The translations under genes and the position numbers were made by a program. Below, piece after piece: positions 53,591 to 64,000 of a stretch of DNA of 64,000 nucleotides. This stretch comes from a candidate division FCPU426 bacterium. Its GTDB lineage: Bacteria; Oederibacteriota; JAAXVQ01; JAUVAV01. The notes under the pieces are model-generated. The model was not told where the DNA came from. It saw nothing but the letters and a program-made list of their open reading frames with translations, and searched no databases. How positions within the stretch are numbered: the first letter of the stretch is position 1; the number at the start of each line of letters is the position of its first letter. The DNA is taken from positions 800,001-864,000 of the forward strand of contig JBFLYH010000001.1 of assembly GCA_040756875.1 (NCBI GenBank), given 5' to 3'.

Positions 53591-54595
53591 TCAACAGGCC
53601 CCGTTTAACCGCGGGGCCTGTTTTTTTAACTCTTGAAATCTGCGGCAGGCGACTTCATGCCCTTCCGCTTCCTTAAAAGGCTGGTTCTCATACGACCGGC
53701 AGGCTGCTTCCCGGTATTGGCAGCGGCTGTAAAACCGGCATCCTGGCTCCGGGTCGACCGGCGAAGGCAACTCGCCGCTCAGCAATGCCCGCTTGCGTCC
53801 GCGACCCGGTTCGAGCCGGGGCAATGCCTGCAGAAGGGCCCAGGTGTATGGATGCCGGGGGTTTGAAAAAATCGATTCAGCGGCCGCAATCTCCATGATC
53901 CTGCCCAGGTACATGACTGCCACGCGATCTGCCATATGGCTCACAACCCGCAGATCATGTGAAATAAACAATAAAGTCAGGCGCATTTCCTTCCCCAGGG
54001 ACAGGAACAGGTTCAGAATCTGGGCTTGAATGGAAACATCCAGGGAGGAAACCGGCTCATCCGCCACGATGAGTTCCGGGTTCATGGCCAGCGCGCGCGC
54101 CAATCCCAGGCGCTGGCGCTGACCTCCGGAAAGCTGATGCGGGTAACGCGCCAGAACTTCGGCCCCCAACCCGACCCGTTCCAGCATCGACAACACCTCT
54201 GCAGTTCGGTTGGGCCTATGGGCCAGCCATAATGCCTCGGCCACTGCGGCCTGAGCGGATAAACGGGGATTCAAACTGCCCAGCGGATCTTGAAACACCG
54301 GTTGAAACCGCTTCCTGATGTTCCGCGTTTCAGCCGTGCCCAATTCGCTCAGGTCCTGGCCAGCAAACTTGACGGTTCCCCGGCTGGGCTTTTCCAGCCT
54401 GCAGAGCATTCGCCCCAGGGTGCTTTTCCCGCAGCCGGATTCACCTACCAACCCAAGCGTTTCTCCTTGATTCAGTTGCAAGTCCACCCGGTCCACGGCC
54501 ACCAAGCGGCTTGCCGCGGCGGTCAATCCGCTTTTTTTAACGTAAAAGTCCTTGCCCAGACCTGACACTTGCAGCAACGGTTCAGTCATGTTCAT
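53591..54595 (-). CDS. Peptide ABC transporter ATPase (OppF/DppF type)
   Basis: GESGCGKS, LSGGQRQR, ADEP, HPYT, GCRF. Confidence 0.92.
   Translation of the reverse strand: MNMTEPLLQVSGLGKDFYVKKSGLTAAASRLVAVDRVDLQLNQGETLGLVGESGCGKSTLGRMLCRLEKPSRGTVKFAGQDLSELGTAETRNIRKRFQPVFQDPLGSLNPRLSAQAAVAEALWLAHRPNRTAEVLSMLERVGLGAEVLARYPHQLSGGQRQRLGLARALAMNPELIVADEPVSSLDVSIQAQILNLFLSLGKEMRLTLLFISHDLRVVSHMADRVAVMYLGRIMEIAAAESIFSNPRHPYTWALLQALPRLEPGRGRKRALLSGELPSPVDPEPGCRFYSRCQYREAACRSYENQPFKEAEGHEVACRRFQELKKQAPRLNGAC
53593..53627 (+). terminator. Intrinsic terminator overlapping the 3' end of the convergent ABC ATPase gene
   Basis: AACAGGCCCCG..CGGGGCCTGTTTTTTT. Confidence 0.75.
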
Positions 54596-55541
54596 ATGGG
54601 TTCCAACAGGCATAGGTCCGGACTCCTACTGCTTTCAATTCCGGATCATGGGTTCGGCATTGATCGATAGCCCTGGGACAGCGGGGATGAAACGCGCAAC
54701 CTGAAGGCAATTCCGCCGGATTGGGCGGAAACCCGGAGATCGACAACAATGGCTGCTTGCGGCAACCAAGGCGCGGTATTGAATTGAGCAACCCGACAGT
54801 ATAAGGATGACAGGGATATTTCAATAACTCGGCTGTTTTAGCCTTTTCAACAATCCGTCCGGCATACATTATATTAATTTCATCCGATATCTCTGAAACG
54901 ATTCCTATATCGTGTGATATCAATAAAATAGACAGTTTCTTCAAGTTCTGTATCCGTTCCAGCAAATCCAGCATTTGAGCCTGTACTGTAACATCCAAGG
55001 CAGTCGTTGGCTCATCCAGAATCAAACAATCTGGCTCGCAAACCAGCGCCATGGCCAGAAGAACCCGCTGTTTCATACCGCCGGATAATTGATGAGGATA
55101 GTTTTTAAGGCGTTCCTGGGGATCGGAGATATCAAGTTGCCCCAGACTCTCCAAAGCCAAAATATTGGCCTCTTTTATGGGTAAATTCCTATGTATTTGG
55201 ATGGTTTCCAGCAATTGTGCTCCGATAGTCAACACTGGATTTAACGCTTGGGAGGGATCTTGAAAAACGATAGAAATGCCAGCCCCCCGGATTTTTTCAT
55301 ACTCGGTTTCGCTTATATTCACCAGTTCCCGCCCGCCATAACGGATAGAACCTGATACTTTGCCCGGAAACGGCACTAATCCCAAAGCAGCCAGAGCGGT
55401 CATGGTCTTGCCTGAACCCGATTCGCCGACCAATCCGGCTGTACGCCCGTGATAGAGGTGCAGTCCCGCACCCCTGACAACCGGTTGTCCGGAAAAAGAA
55501 ACTTCAACATCCTGCAGGCCGAGGACTGGCGCTTCAGGCAT
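54582..55541 (-). CDS. Peptide ABC transporter ATPase (OppD/DppD type)
   Basis: GESGSGKT, LSGGMKQR, DEPTTALDVT, GCAFHPRC. Confidence 0.92.
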   Translation of the reverse strand: MPEAPVLGLQDVEVSFSGQPVVRGAGLHLYHGRTAGLVGESGSGKTMTALAALGLVPFPGKVSGSIRYGGRELVNISETEYEKIRGAGISIVFQDPSQALNPVLTIGAQLLETIQIHRNLPIKEANILALESLGQLDISDPQERLKNYPHQLSGGMKQRVLLAMALVCEPDCLILDEPTTALDVTVQAQMLDLLERIQNLKKLSILLISHDIGIVSEISDEINIMYAGRIVEKAKTAELLKYPCHPYTVGLLNSIPRLGCRKQPLLSISGFPPNPAELPSGCAFHPRCPRAIDQCRTHDPELKAVGVRTYACWNPYEHD

Positions 55542-56382
55542 GAGGTTCACCTTCGGAAAGCCGGGGATCCAGCAAATCACGTAGCCCGTCTCCCAGGAGA
55601 TTGTAACCCAGCACGGTCAGAAAGATGGCCAGGCCGGGGACAAGGGTAAGCCACCAGGCTTGGGTGATATAATCCTTGCCCGAGGTCAAAATATTCCCCC
55701 AGGAAGGAACCGGGGGTTGGACCCCCAAACCGAGGAAGCTCAGTCCTGATTCGAGCAAAATCGCACCGGCGATGCCGAAGGTGGCGGAAACAAAAACCGG
55801 CGCCAAGGCATTGGGCAAAATATGCAGGAAAATGATCCGGCGATGAGAGGCGCCCAAAGCCGTGGCCGCCGCGACATAATCCCGGTGCCGAAGGGTGAGA
55901 AATTCAGCCCGAACTAGGCGGGACAGCTCTGTCCAACCTGTGAGGCCGATAATGACCATAATATTGACCAGATTCGGCCCTAGAAAAACAATCAGCATCA
56001 GGATCAAAAACAGCGTGGGGATGCAGAGAACAATGTCCACCAGGCGCATGATCACTTGATCCACCCAGCCGCCGAAATAGCCGGCTACCGCGCCCACGCA
56101 AACGCCGATGACCAGGGCGATGCCCACTGCCACCAAGCCCACGGACAATGAAATGCGGCCGCCGTGGAGCATGCGCGAAAGCACGTCGCGCCCGTATTCA
56201 TCCGTGCCCAGCCAGTGGCTGGCGCTGGGAGGTTGCAGTTTCATGTTGAGATCCTGTATTTGCGGATCATAAGGAGACAGCCAGGGCGCAGCCAGGGACA
56301 GCAGGATGAGGGCCATCACCAGGACGGCACCGACGACTGCCAGGCGTTTGCGCAAGAATCTGCCCCAAAAGGACCTTTTCAT
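55534..56382 (-). CDS. Peptide ABC permease (OppC/DppC type)
   Basis: HWLGTDEYGRD, EAA loop, LSFLGLG. Confidence 0.92.
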   Translation of the reverse strand: MKRSFWGRFLRKRLAVVGAVLVMALILLSLAAPWLSPYDPQIQDLNMKLQPPSASHWLGTDEYGRDVLSRMLHGGRISLSVGLVAVGIALVIGVCVGAVAGYFGGWVDQVIMRLVDIVLCIPTLFLILMLIVFLGPNLVNIMVIIGLTGWTELSRLVRAEFLTLRHRDYVAAATALGASHRRIIFLHILPNALAPVFVSATFGIAGAILLESGLSFLGLGVQPPVPSWGNILTSGKDYITQAWWLTLVPGLAIFLTVLGYNLLGDGLRDLLDPRLSEGEPHA

Positions 56383-56400
56383 TTCCTTCCTGCCACCTTC

Positions 56401-57369
56401 CTACACCCGAATGCGAGGATCCGCGGCCGCATAAAGGACATCAGCCAGGATATTGCCCAGCAGCGTAAGCCCTGCCCCGATGACCGCCACCCCCATGATG
56501 GTGGGATAATCGAAATTCATGGCCGACTCGTACGCCAGACGGCCCATGCCCGGCCAGGAAAAAATGGTTTCGAAAATAAAGCTGCCGCCGATCAACCCCG
56601 GCAGGGCCAACCCAATGATGGTGATGACCGGCAATAAAGCGTTCCTCAAGGCATGCAGATAATAAACCCGCGTCCGCGGCAGGCCTTTGGCGCGGGCCGT
56701 GCGGATGTAATCCTGCCGGATCACTTCCAGCATATTGGCGCGCGTATATCTCGAAATGGAAGCCAATCCACCGAAAGCGGAAATAAAAACCGGCAGGATC
56801 AAATGCGCGGCATAGTCGGCGAACTTGCCCCAGGGCGTCAATAAATCATGGTTGACGGAACGTATCCCCGAAACCGGCAGCCATCCCAGCACCACGCCAA
56901 ACAACAGCATGCACAATAAGGCCAGCCAAAAGGTGGGCAAAGAGTAACCCACAAACGTGGCAACAGTGATCAAACGGTCGGCACGCTGATTGTGATGCAT
57001 GGCCGCATAGACGCCCAGGGGAATGGCCAAGCCGAATATAAGCAGCAGCGACAAACCCGAAAGCAGGAGAGTGGCGGGCAGGCGTTCGGTGATCTTTTCC
57101 ATTACCGGGCGCTGGTCCAGAAAGGACCTGCCAAAATCAAGCCGCAGCAGCCGTCCAAACCACTTGGCGTATTGGATGGGCACGGGCTGGTCCAAACCGT
57201 AGAGGGCCTGCAGGCGGGCAACGGAATCCGGCGAGACATTGGGGTTCATGTCCATATGGACCGAAGTGAACCCGCCGGGAGTCAGATGGATAATGCCGAA
57301 GGTGATGATGGTAATCCCCACCAAGATGGGAAGCGAAAGCAGCAGTCTGCGAATGAGGAATCGGAGCAT
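56401..57369 (-). CDS. Peptide ABC permease (OppB/DppB type)
   Basis: GLDQP, DFGRS, DYIRTARAKGL, FSWPGMG, DPRI. Confidence 0.92.
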   Translation of the reverse strand: MLRFLIRRLLLSLPILVGITIITFGIIHLTPGGFTSVHMDMNPNVSPDSVARLQALYGLDQPVPIQYAKWFGRLLRLDFGRSFLDQRPVMEKITERLPATLLLSGLSLLLIFGLAIPLGVYAAMHHNQRADRLITVATFVGYSLPTFWLALLCMLLFGVVLGWLPVSGIRSVNHDLLTPWGKFADYAAHLILPVFISAFGGLASISRYTRANMLEVIRQDYIRTARAKGLPRTRVYYLHALRNALLPVITIIGLALPGLIGGSFIFETIFSWPGMGRLAYESAMNFDYPTIMGVAVIGAGLTLLGNILADVLYAAADPRIRV

Positions 57370-57421
57370 ATCAGGCAGTATAAACGATTTGTTCCTTTAT
57401 GGAAAATTTGTTTTAGAGATT

Positions 57422-59578
57422 TCAACGCCGAATTTTAGTGATGACGATTTTTTTCACCGTCGTAATGGTTTCACTTTTGGCGGTTTTGATTTTCATCCGG
57501 TAAAGGTAAACCCCCGGGGCTACGTTTCGAATATTCCAGCGGGTGCGTTCATAGCCCGTTCCGGCCTTCATTTCCCGCAACGCGATCGCCCGTTCGCCGA
57601 TGGTGTTGAATATCTCGATTTCCACTTCCCCGGGTTCTGCCAGAGGATAATAGAAATAAACCGTCTCGCCGGTGGCCGGCTGCGGGTAAGCCACGATTTC
57701 GGTCGCGATGAAGGCCACGGCGGTCCGGGTCGAGGTCACGGTCAGGGTGGGACTCGGGGTCGAGGTAATGGTGATTGTGGGTGATTTTGTGCGTGTCACG
57801 GTAATGGTCGGCGTGGGGCTGATGGTAAGCGTGGGCGTGACCGTGTACGTCGGGGTCATGGTGCGGGTTTCGGTAAAGGTTGCGCTGTGGGTCAGGGTCG
57901 GGGTCACGGTCCGTGTAGCGCTCATGGTCGAGGTGGAGGTCGGCGTGCCCGTGGAAGTACGCGTGAACGTTTCAGTGAATGTGGCGCTGGGCGTACGGGT
58001 GAATGTGGGCGTACGGGTGGATGTGACCGTCGGGGTGGCGGTCCGCGTGGGCGTGGCCGTCGGTGAAAATACAGGCGTGTCCGTGAAAGTCGGCGAAAGC
58101 GTCGGGGTGGGCGTGAGTGTCGGCGTGCCGGTCCGCGTGGGGGTGAAGGTGCGCGAAAAGACCGGCGACATGGTCGGGGTCGCGGAGCAAGTCGGCGTGA
58201 AAGTGGATGTCGCCCCGCCTATCACTTCGTCCGCGCCGATGTCCCAGGTCCCGGCCCGCGCTTCCTTGTCAATATCGTCCGAAAAAGGCAGATAGGTATC
58301 GGCCGCCAGATTGGTTCCGGAATCCCTGGCCGCGGTATCCGCAGCTGAAAGATGGTAATTATCAGCCGTGGCGTTGAGAAACGCGACGGAGACATTGTTT
58401 TTTGAATTGCTCCCCGGCGCATCGCCGACCAGGTCGGACAGGTTGTAATCCGAATCACCGGTAAATGTCCCGTAGTATCCTTGCGTGGCATTCTGCACGA
58501 TATTGTTTTTAACGGTCAATTCGCCGGCGATCTGCGCAATGGCGTAACTGCAATGGTCCAAGGTATTGTTGTACATATACAAATGCGCGTAGGCATTGTT
58601 GATGTATACGCCGGCCAGGTCTGTATCCCAGTCGAAATCATAAAACACGTTATTCCATATTTTCACCTCGCCGTCTCCCGCGCCATCAGGGTCAATGCCG
58701 ATGGCTGCGTTCCCGGTGATGGTGCCACTGGCCATACCCCGGAAAATACAATGGGATATTCGAATATCCATCGTGCCTGATGAGGGAATCCAGACCAGGG
58801 TCCAATCATCATGCACCGGGTCCGCGAATTGAAATTGTATGCCCTCGATCCGCACATAGGATTGCCAGATATCCACAGCATTGTCATTGGGGACTTCCAT
58901 GGTGTACGCGGTGCTGGTCCATGTCCCGTTATGTCGTTGTGAGGTTCCGACTTCGGTGGAAAGATACGGAGTAAAGACTCTGATATAATTGGAAGCTCCG
59001 GTGCTCCAGTCGTCGAAACTCGTAAATTGCGTGTCTGTGGCGTCCCCGTAGCAAACGATATTCCAGATTTCGTTGTTGGTCACCAGGTCGCGTCCGTCCA
59101 CCCAGGTGTCGAAATTCCGGAGCGCCACCGGAAGGCTGGCGTTTTCCGTGGCTCCTTCCGCGTCAACCAGGGCGGTATAGGCGCGGTAGATGATCCAGGA
59201 CGTGTCGTTTGCCGTGCTGTTAACCGGCATGCTGCCTGAGGCTGTTCTGAGGGTGTACGTGGTGGAACTGCTCCGGCCGTGAATAAACGCCCTGGCATCC
59301 GGATCCATGTCGCCGTTGCTGTCGTAAATGACCACATCTCCCAAACCAACACGGTCAGGCAGGGGGGTACTAAAATAGGCCGTGCCATTTGTCAAACTGA
59401 GATAATTGGGAGTGCCGCCAGAATAAGCCAGCGCCGAGGTGTTATCCGGGCCCACGGAACGGTAAATCATCGTGGCCGCATGCGCTGATCCAGTTCCCAG
59501 GCACAGGGTAAAAACAACGACGATCAATCTTTTACTTATGGGCATTGGAAGCACCATTACAGAGGTTGCACCCAGCAT
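57422..59578 (-). CDS. Secreted beta-helix (pectin-lyase-like) protein with long Thr/Pro linker and T9SS type-A-like CTD
   Basis: Signal peptide; IWNNVFY, YNNT, KNNI beta-helix repeats; DIGADE; about 160-aa TPT tract; YPQP..FNTIG..APGVY..KKIVITK. Confidence 0.82.
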   Translation of the reverse strand: MLGATSVMVLPMPISKRLIVVVFTLCLGTGSAHAATMIYRSVGPDNTSALAYSGGTPNYLSLTNGTAYFSTPLPDRVGLGDVVIYDSNGDMDPDARAFIHGRSSSTTYTLRTASGSMPVNSTANDTSWIIYRAYTALVDAEGATENASLPVALRNFDTWVDGRDLVTNNEIWNIVCYGDATDTQFTSFDDWSTGASNYIRVFTPYLSTEVGTSQRHNGTWTSTAYTMEVPNDNAVDIWQSYVRIEGIQFQFADPVHDDWTLVWIPSSGTMDIRISHCIFRGMASGTITGNAAIGIDPDGAGDGEVKIWNNVFYDFDWDTDLAGVYINNAYAHLYMYNNTLDHCSYAIAQIAGELTVKNNIVQNATQGYYGTFTGDSDYNLSDLVGDAPGSNSKNNVSVAFLNATADNYHLSAADTAARDSGTNLAADTYLPFSDDIDKEARAGTWDIGADEVIGGATSTFTPTCSATPTMSPVFSRTFTPTRTGTPTLTPTPTLSPTFTDTPVFSPTATPTRTATPTVTSTRTPTFTRTPSATFTETFTRTSTGTPTSTSTMSATRTVTPTLTHSATFTETRTMTPTYTVTPTLTISPTPTITVTRTKSPTITITSTPSPTLTVTSTRTAVAFIATEIVAYPQPATGETVYFYYPLAEPGEVEIEIFNTIGERAIALREMKAGTGYERTRWNIRNVAPGVYLYRMKIKTAKSETITTVKKIVITKIRR

Positions 59579-59665
59579 CCCTTACAGGGCAAAGTATATC
59601 AGCCTAAATAGACCGCGTCCAAAATAAAAACGTTATTATTCCTCGCGATTTTATGCGGAATTGCG

Positions 59666-60430
59666 TTAGCGAAGGGCATTTTCCAGGGTTCCGATGGTGC
59701 TGCATTCCACGCGCACCTTATCGCCCCGTTGCATGGGACCAACGCCCGGCGGCGTGCCAGTTAAGATGATGTCATGCGGAAAAAGAGTCATGATGTGCGA
59801 AACAAAAGAGACAATCTCACCAATTCCGAAAATAAAATCCGCGGTATTTCCCTTTTGTTTGAGCTGTCCATTGAGATAGGTGATGATTTCCAAGTCCTCG
59901 GGAACCGGGCCCAAAACCAAGCAGGGGCCGATCGGGCAAAACCCGTCAAAACCTTTGGCCCGGGTCCATTGGCCGTCCTGCTTTTGCAGATCCCGGGCCG
60001 TAATATCGTTGGCAAGGGTATAGCCCAAAATGTGTTCCGGGACTTGCTCCTCGGGTATTCCCCTGGCTTCGCGTCCGATGACCACCGCCAGCTCGCCTTC
60101 ATAATCAACTTGGCTGCTCATGGCTGGATAGTGAATGGGCTCGCCCGGACCGGCCAGAGCGGTGGGAGGCTTGAGAAAAACCAGAGGGGTTTTGGGCACG
60201 GGCATTTGCAATTCGCGCGCATGGGAATGATAATTCAAGCCGATGCAGATGATTTTGGAGGGAACGACCGGGGGCAGCAAGCGGAACGGTTTGTCCAGCC
60301 GCCTTCCGCTCGGACGAAACCCGCCTTCTGGCGCAGGTTCCGCGATTTGGAGCCCTTGGGCATCTTCGATGGCCAGCATTGCATGCCCATTCTGCAGGAC
60401 GCGATAGAGGCGGATGGGATACTCCCCCAT
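59666..60430 (-). CDS. Fumarylacetoacetate hydrolase family protein
   Basis: KIICIGLNY, DYEGEL, NDITARD, RAKGFD, LTGTP. Confidence 0.92.
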   Translation of the reverse strand: MGEYPIRLYRVLQNGHAMLAIEDAQGLQIAEPAPEGGFRPSGRRLDKPFRLLPPVVPSKIICIGLNYHSHARELQMPVPKTPLVFLKPPTALAGPGEPIHYPAMSSQVDYEGELAVVIGREARGIPEEQVPEHILGYTLANDITARDLQKQDGQWTRAKGFDGFCPIGPCLVLGPVPEDLEIITYLNGQLKQKGNTADFIFGIGEIVSFVSHIMTLFPHDIILTGTPPGVGPMQRGDKVRVECSTIGTLENALR

Positions 60431-60554
60431 TCCCCTTCGCCGATTCTCCGCAGCTTAGTGCGGAGATATGGCGGCGCTTTGGGCGCGACCCCAAGGTCCC
60501 TGGGGTTTAGGGAGGAATGACATTCGAATTCCGCGCAAGTGGTTGCGCGGAACC

Positions 60555-62192
60555 TTACTTATATTTTTGAAATCCCTCGGGCACGAACCAGCGTATGAAA
60601 TTGTAGCCGATGCCAGCCAGCGCGGGTTCGATGCCCTGAATGCGCCGGTGCACAGCCGGAAGGCTGTCAGGCACGTACAGAAAGACGTAGGGCAGATCAG
60701 CGGCGATCAGTTCGTGCACGCGGTGATAAATCTGCGTGCGCCGGTCGCGGCTGAAAGTGGTGCGGCCGCGCTCCAGGAGCCGGTCCACTTCCGGGTTTTT
60801 ATAGGAAACGAAATTGAACTCATGTTCCCCGGTTTGGGAGGAGTGCCAAATGGAATACAAATCAGGATCGCGCGCCAGGGCCCAGCCCATTAAAACCACG
60901 TCGAATTTGCGCTTGTCAATGAATTCCGACAAGAAAGTGCTCCAGGCAATGATGCGGATGTTGACTTTAATGCCGATGGCTTTCAGCTGGGCCTGGATGA
61001 TGGTGGCGCTCTGTTCGCGGGTGCGGTTGCCTTGGTTGGTCAGCAAGGTGAATTCCACGGGCTTCCCGTTTCGGGTCAGGGTGCCGTCTTTGGCATAACG
61101 GTATCCGGCCGCCACCAACAACTCCCGGGCTTTGAGCGGGTCATAAGGCACGGGTTTGACATCCGGATTATAGGCCCAGGAACTGGGCGTGAACGGCCCT
61201 GTGGCCGCGACGCCCAACCCTTCGAGCACGCCTTTGACCAACGCGTCCTTGTCGATGGCATGGGCGATGGCCTGGCGGAACCGCAGATCGCGGAACATAT
61301 CTTTCTGCAAATTGAACCCTAAATAAGTGTATTGATTTGAGGCATACCGGTACTTATTAAAACGACGGGCAAATTCCGGCTTGCTGCCCTCCCCGGTATA
61401 TTGGTTGGGCGTGAGGTTCATGATGTCGAGGCCGCCGTTTTCCAGTTCCAGCATTTGCACGGCCATGTCGGGGATGACCCTGAAGATCACGCGGTTGAGA
61501 TAGGGGCGGCCCTCGAAATATTCCGGATTGGCCTGCAGCACTACCGTCTCCTCGCGCTTCCAGGAGACGAATTTATACGGCCCGCTTCCAACCGGCCGGA
61601 AATTGAAATCATCGGCTTTATTGATGTCCCGCCCTTCCAGCAGATGCCGCGGCAGAACCGGCATGCCCCCCAGTTTTTCAAGGCTGGGAGCGAACGGCGT
61701 ACGGTACCAGGCGCGAAAAGTATAATCGTCCACAGCCTGCGCCCGTTCGATATACTCGTAATTGCTGCGGTAGGCGGTCATGACTTTCGGGTCCATGAAA
61801 CGCCCCAAGGTAAAGACGACATCCTGGGCGGTGAGCGCGTGCCCATCATGCCACTTGACGCCGCGTTTCAGTTTAAACGTAACGACTTTGCCGTCCGGCG
61901 ATATTTCCCAGCTCTCGGCCAATTCGCCTTCCAGATTGAGGTCCTTGTCATAGCGCAACAAGGAATTGAAGATCAGGCCGGTCACGTCGCTGGAGGCGGA
62001 ATCCGAGGCTAAAACCGGATTGAGAATGGCGGGGTCCGCGATGGTCCCCTGCACCAGAACATCGCCATAGGCCGGAGGGTAGGTGCGCCCGGCTTCAGGC
62101 AGCCTTTCCAACCCGGCCTTGCGGCTGCATCCGGCCAAAATCAGGACCACGCTCACAGCCACTAATGTCGTGCGGCGCAACAATGGCAACAT
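60555..62192 (-). CDS. Peptide ABC substrate-binding lipoprotein (OppA/AppA type)
   Basis: LAGC lipobox, LAESW, VKWHDG, GSGPY, RQAIAHAID. Confidence 0.92.
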   Translation of the reverse strand: MLPLLRRTTLVAVSVVLILAGCSRKAGLERLPEAGRTYPPAYGDVLVQGTIADPAILNPVLASDSASSDVTGLIFNSLLRYDKDLNLEGELAESWEISPDGKVVTFKLKRGVKWHDGHALTAQDVVFTLGRFMDPKVMTAYRSNYEYIERAQAVDDYTFRAWYRTPFAPSLEKLGGMPVLPRHLLEGRDINKADDFNFRPVGSGPYKFVSWKREETVVLQANPEYFEGRPYLNRVIFRVIPDMAVQMLELENGGLDIMNLTPNQYTGEGSKPEFARRFNKYRYASNQYTYLGFNLQKDMFRDLRFRQAIAHAIDKDALVKGVLEGLGVAATGPFTPSSWAYNPDVKPVPYDPLKARELLVAAGYRYAKDGTLTRNGKPVEFTLLTNQGNRTREQSATIIQAQLKAIGIKVNIRIIAWSTFLSEFIDKRKFDVVLMGWALARDPDLYSIWHSSQTGEHEFNFVSYKNPEVDRLLERGRTTFSRDRRTQIYHRVHELIAADLPYVFLYVPDSLPAVHRRIQGIEPALAGIGYNFIRWFVPEGFQKYK

Positions 62193-62202
62193 GCGAATCC
62201 TC

Positions 62203-62697
62203 CTAGGGGGTGCGGTTGAATTTCGCCAGCAGCATTGGAATGATTTCGGGCGGAACCAGATCGGAAACATCGCCGCCCAGGGCCGCCACTTCCTTGACCA
62301 ACGACGAGCTGACGTAAGTATAGCGCTCGTCGGGCATCATATAGATGATCTCGTACGCCGAATAAAGCTTCCGGTTCATTTGGGCCTGCTGAAATTCATA
62401 GTCGAAATCCGAAATGGCCCGCAGACCGCGCAGGGCGATGGTTGCCTTGCGGGAGCGCATGTAATCCACCAGCAGGCCTTCAAAGGTTTCCACTTCGATT
62501 TTCCCGGCCTGCGGCAGTCCACGGACCGCCAGACGGGCCATTTCCACCCGTTCTTCCAGGGTGAACAAGGGCCGTTTGTGGGTGCTGCCCGCCACCGCCA
62601 CCACGATGTGCGGAAAATTCTCGCTGGAACGCCGAATAAGGTCCAAATGGCCGGTGGTCAGAGGGTCGAACGTTCCGGGATAAATCACTGTTTTCAT
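62203..62697 (-). CDS. coaD: Phosphopantetheine adenylyltransferase
   Basis: YPGTFDPLTTGH, RGLRAISDFDYE, SSSLVKE. Confidence 0.96.
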   Translation of the reverse strand: MKTVIYPGTFDPLTTGHLDLIRRSSENFPHIVVAVAGSTHKRPLFTLEERVEMARLAVRGLPQAGKIEVETFEGLLVDYMRSRKATIALRGLRAISDFDYEFQQAQMNRKLYSAYEIIYMMPDERYTYVSSSLVKEVAALGGDVSDLVPPEIIPMLLAKFNRTP

Positions 62698-62773
62698 AGG
62701 CGGTCCTTCCGGGCTGAAACTCGGGAAGAATTATAAAGAAAAACACCAGGGGAAACAACACCTATTCTTGGCG

Positions 62774-63610
62774 TTAGCGCCGGGGCGATGACAGAAAGGC
62801 TTTTTCCTCCGGCGTCAACGCGGATTCAGGCTGCATTTGGGGCCAGCGCCCGTCTTCGCGCCTGGCCAAGGTGATGACATCCACTCCGCTGGCCCCCGCC
62901 CGTTTCAACGCACGGCTGCACTCCTGGACCGTGGCGCCGGTGGTATAAACGTCATCCACCAGCAGCCAGCGGCCCGAACGCGCGCAGTCCAGGGCGGCCA
63001 AACTGCCGCGAAGGTTGCACAAACGTTCCGTGCGCGACAACTCGTGCTGTGGGCGTATGGTTTTGCAGAATCGGAGGCAGGGCGTGAACCGCATGGCCAG
63101 CAAACCGGCCAGCTTTTTAGCCAAAACCCCGGCCGCATGAATGCCTTGACCCGGCCGGCCAGGTACCGGGACCACGCCAGCCCATATGCTTTGCGAATAC
63201 TCTTTTGATACCACCCGGCGGCAAAGGCCGGCTAAGTGCCGAAGCAAATCGCCGCCCGGCGTGCGTTTAAAAGCCAAGACCGCTGAGCGCCAGGTCCCGG
63301 CATAAGGCGCCACGGACCTGGCCCGGTCGAACCTCGGCCTGAGGGGCCTGCAGGCCCGGCATTTCCGGATGGGATGGAGTTTCAACAGAGGGTGCGGCGG
63401 AAGCCAGCGGCCGCACGTTTGACAAACCGGCCAGGAGGGATAAGGAGGCTGGCAAGCCTGGCACAAACCCGCCCAAGCCTGCCTGCCACCCGGCCGCCCA
63501 CAAACCGGGCAGGCCGGCGGCGCCAGCAGGCTGAGTAACTGCCGGGAGGCGCGATGGAATCGGCTGAATACCCGCATGGGAGTTTGGACCGGGGAAACAG
63601 CCGAAACCAT
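62774..63610 (-). CDS. comF: ComF-family double Zn-ribbon phosphoribosyltransferase
   Basis: CPVC, CQAC, CQTC, CRAC; LVDDVYTTGAT. Confidence 0.88.
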   Translation of the reverse strand: MVSAVSPVQTPMRVFSRFHRASRQLLSLLAPPACPVCGRPGGRQAWAGLCQACQPPYPSWPVCQTCGRWLPPHPLLKLHPIRKCRACRPLRPRFDRARSVAPYAGTWRSAVLAFKRTPGGDLLRHLAGLCRRVVSKEYSQSIWAGVVPVPGRPGQGIHAAGVLAKKLAGLLAMRFTPCLRFCKTIRPQHELSRTERLCNLRGSLAALDCARSGRWLLVDDVYTTGATVQECSRALKRAGASGVDVITLARREDGRWPQMQPESALTPEEKAFLSSPRR

Positions 63611-63628
63611 GCGTTGAAAAACAGCAAA

Positions 63629-64000
63629 TCAGAAAATCGCGGTCAGGCCTGCTTTGATTTTAATCGCCCAATAGTCCTTGTTCGCAAGCAGGTGGTCGTA
63701 ATACCACTGATTGGTGACGCTGACTTCCCCTTCCACGTTGCGCCACAGCGAATAATTCAGCGAGGTCTCGTTGGTGTACATATCCGTGTTCTTGGAACTG
63801 CCGGTTTGCTTCACCTCGGAAATCCGGGCCATTTCGATCTTGAACGAATTCAACAGCCGGAAGGATTGCTGGATTTTTAAAATCGTGCCGTTGAAAGGCC
63901 AGAAATCAGGCAATTTGATGGGCGTATTGAGGTTGAGATTGTACGCCAGAGACAACCCGCCGGAATACAAATTATCCATGACTTTGATCTCGAGGTTTTC
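63629..64000 (-). CDS. C-terminus of an outer-membrane beta-barrel protein (5' truncated by window; possibly SprA-like)
   Basis: Frame open to the window edge; amphipathic beta-strands ending IKIKAGLTAIF with a terminal Phe. Confidence 0.55.
   Translation of the reverse strand, partial: ENLEIKVMDNLYSGGLSLAYNLNLNTPIKLPDFWPFNGTILKIQQSFRLLNSFKIEMARISEVKQTGSSKNTDMYTNETSLNYSLWRNVEGEVSVTNQWYYDHLLANKDYWAIKIKAGLTAIF

Noticed and set aside
57708-58295. Val/Gly-rich plus-strand ORFs here and at 21985-22281
   Set aside because: Antisense shadows of the Thr/Pro linker codons.

Overview
Bacterial chromosomal window, mostly minus-strand and moderately GC-rich, from a diderm (OmpA lipoprotein, PorV-like barrel). 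It runs from the 3' part of glnS, through an accessory block (sensor kinase, methyltransferases, glycosyltransferases, MFS, ygiD), to a complete rRNA operon (16S, tRNA-Ile, tRNA-Ala, 23S, 5S) with tandem sigma70 promoters. A long housekeeping, signalling and repair run follows (HD-GYP, rsfS, radC, SbcCD/YhaNO-like pair, dtd, ROK kinase, two REC-GGDEF paralogs, tRNA-Leu, split peptide ABC operon, coaD, comF). Two things stand out. (1) The ~4.9 kb just downstream of the 5S gene (26.3-31.2 kb) is a mosaic of at least six degenerate 5S rRNA 3'-end fragments, duplicated rrn terminators, an identical 105-bp palindromic element in two copies, and short repeated motifs. These separate AT-rich cargo: a NYN nuclease with a Zn-finger, a membrane protein, an orphan, an unannotated 44-aa peptide with a hairpin-sequestered RBS, and a truncated IS1202-like transposase. 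It looks like a 5S-anchored cassette-accumulation hotspot, and no integrase is present in the window. (2) Three proteins carry T9SS type-A-like C-terminal sorting domains, alongside a PorV-TPR fusion and a possible SprA-like barrel end, in an organism that does not otherwise look like Bacteroidota (an FCPU426/Goldiibacteriota-like lineage is an unverified guess). All family calls come from motif recognition by eye; no searches were run.
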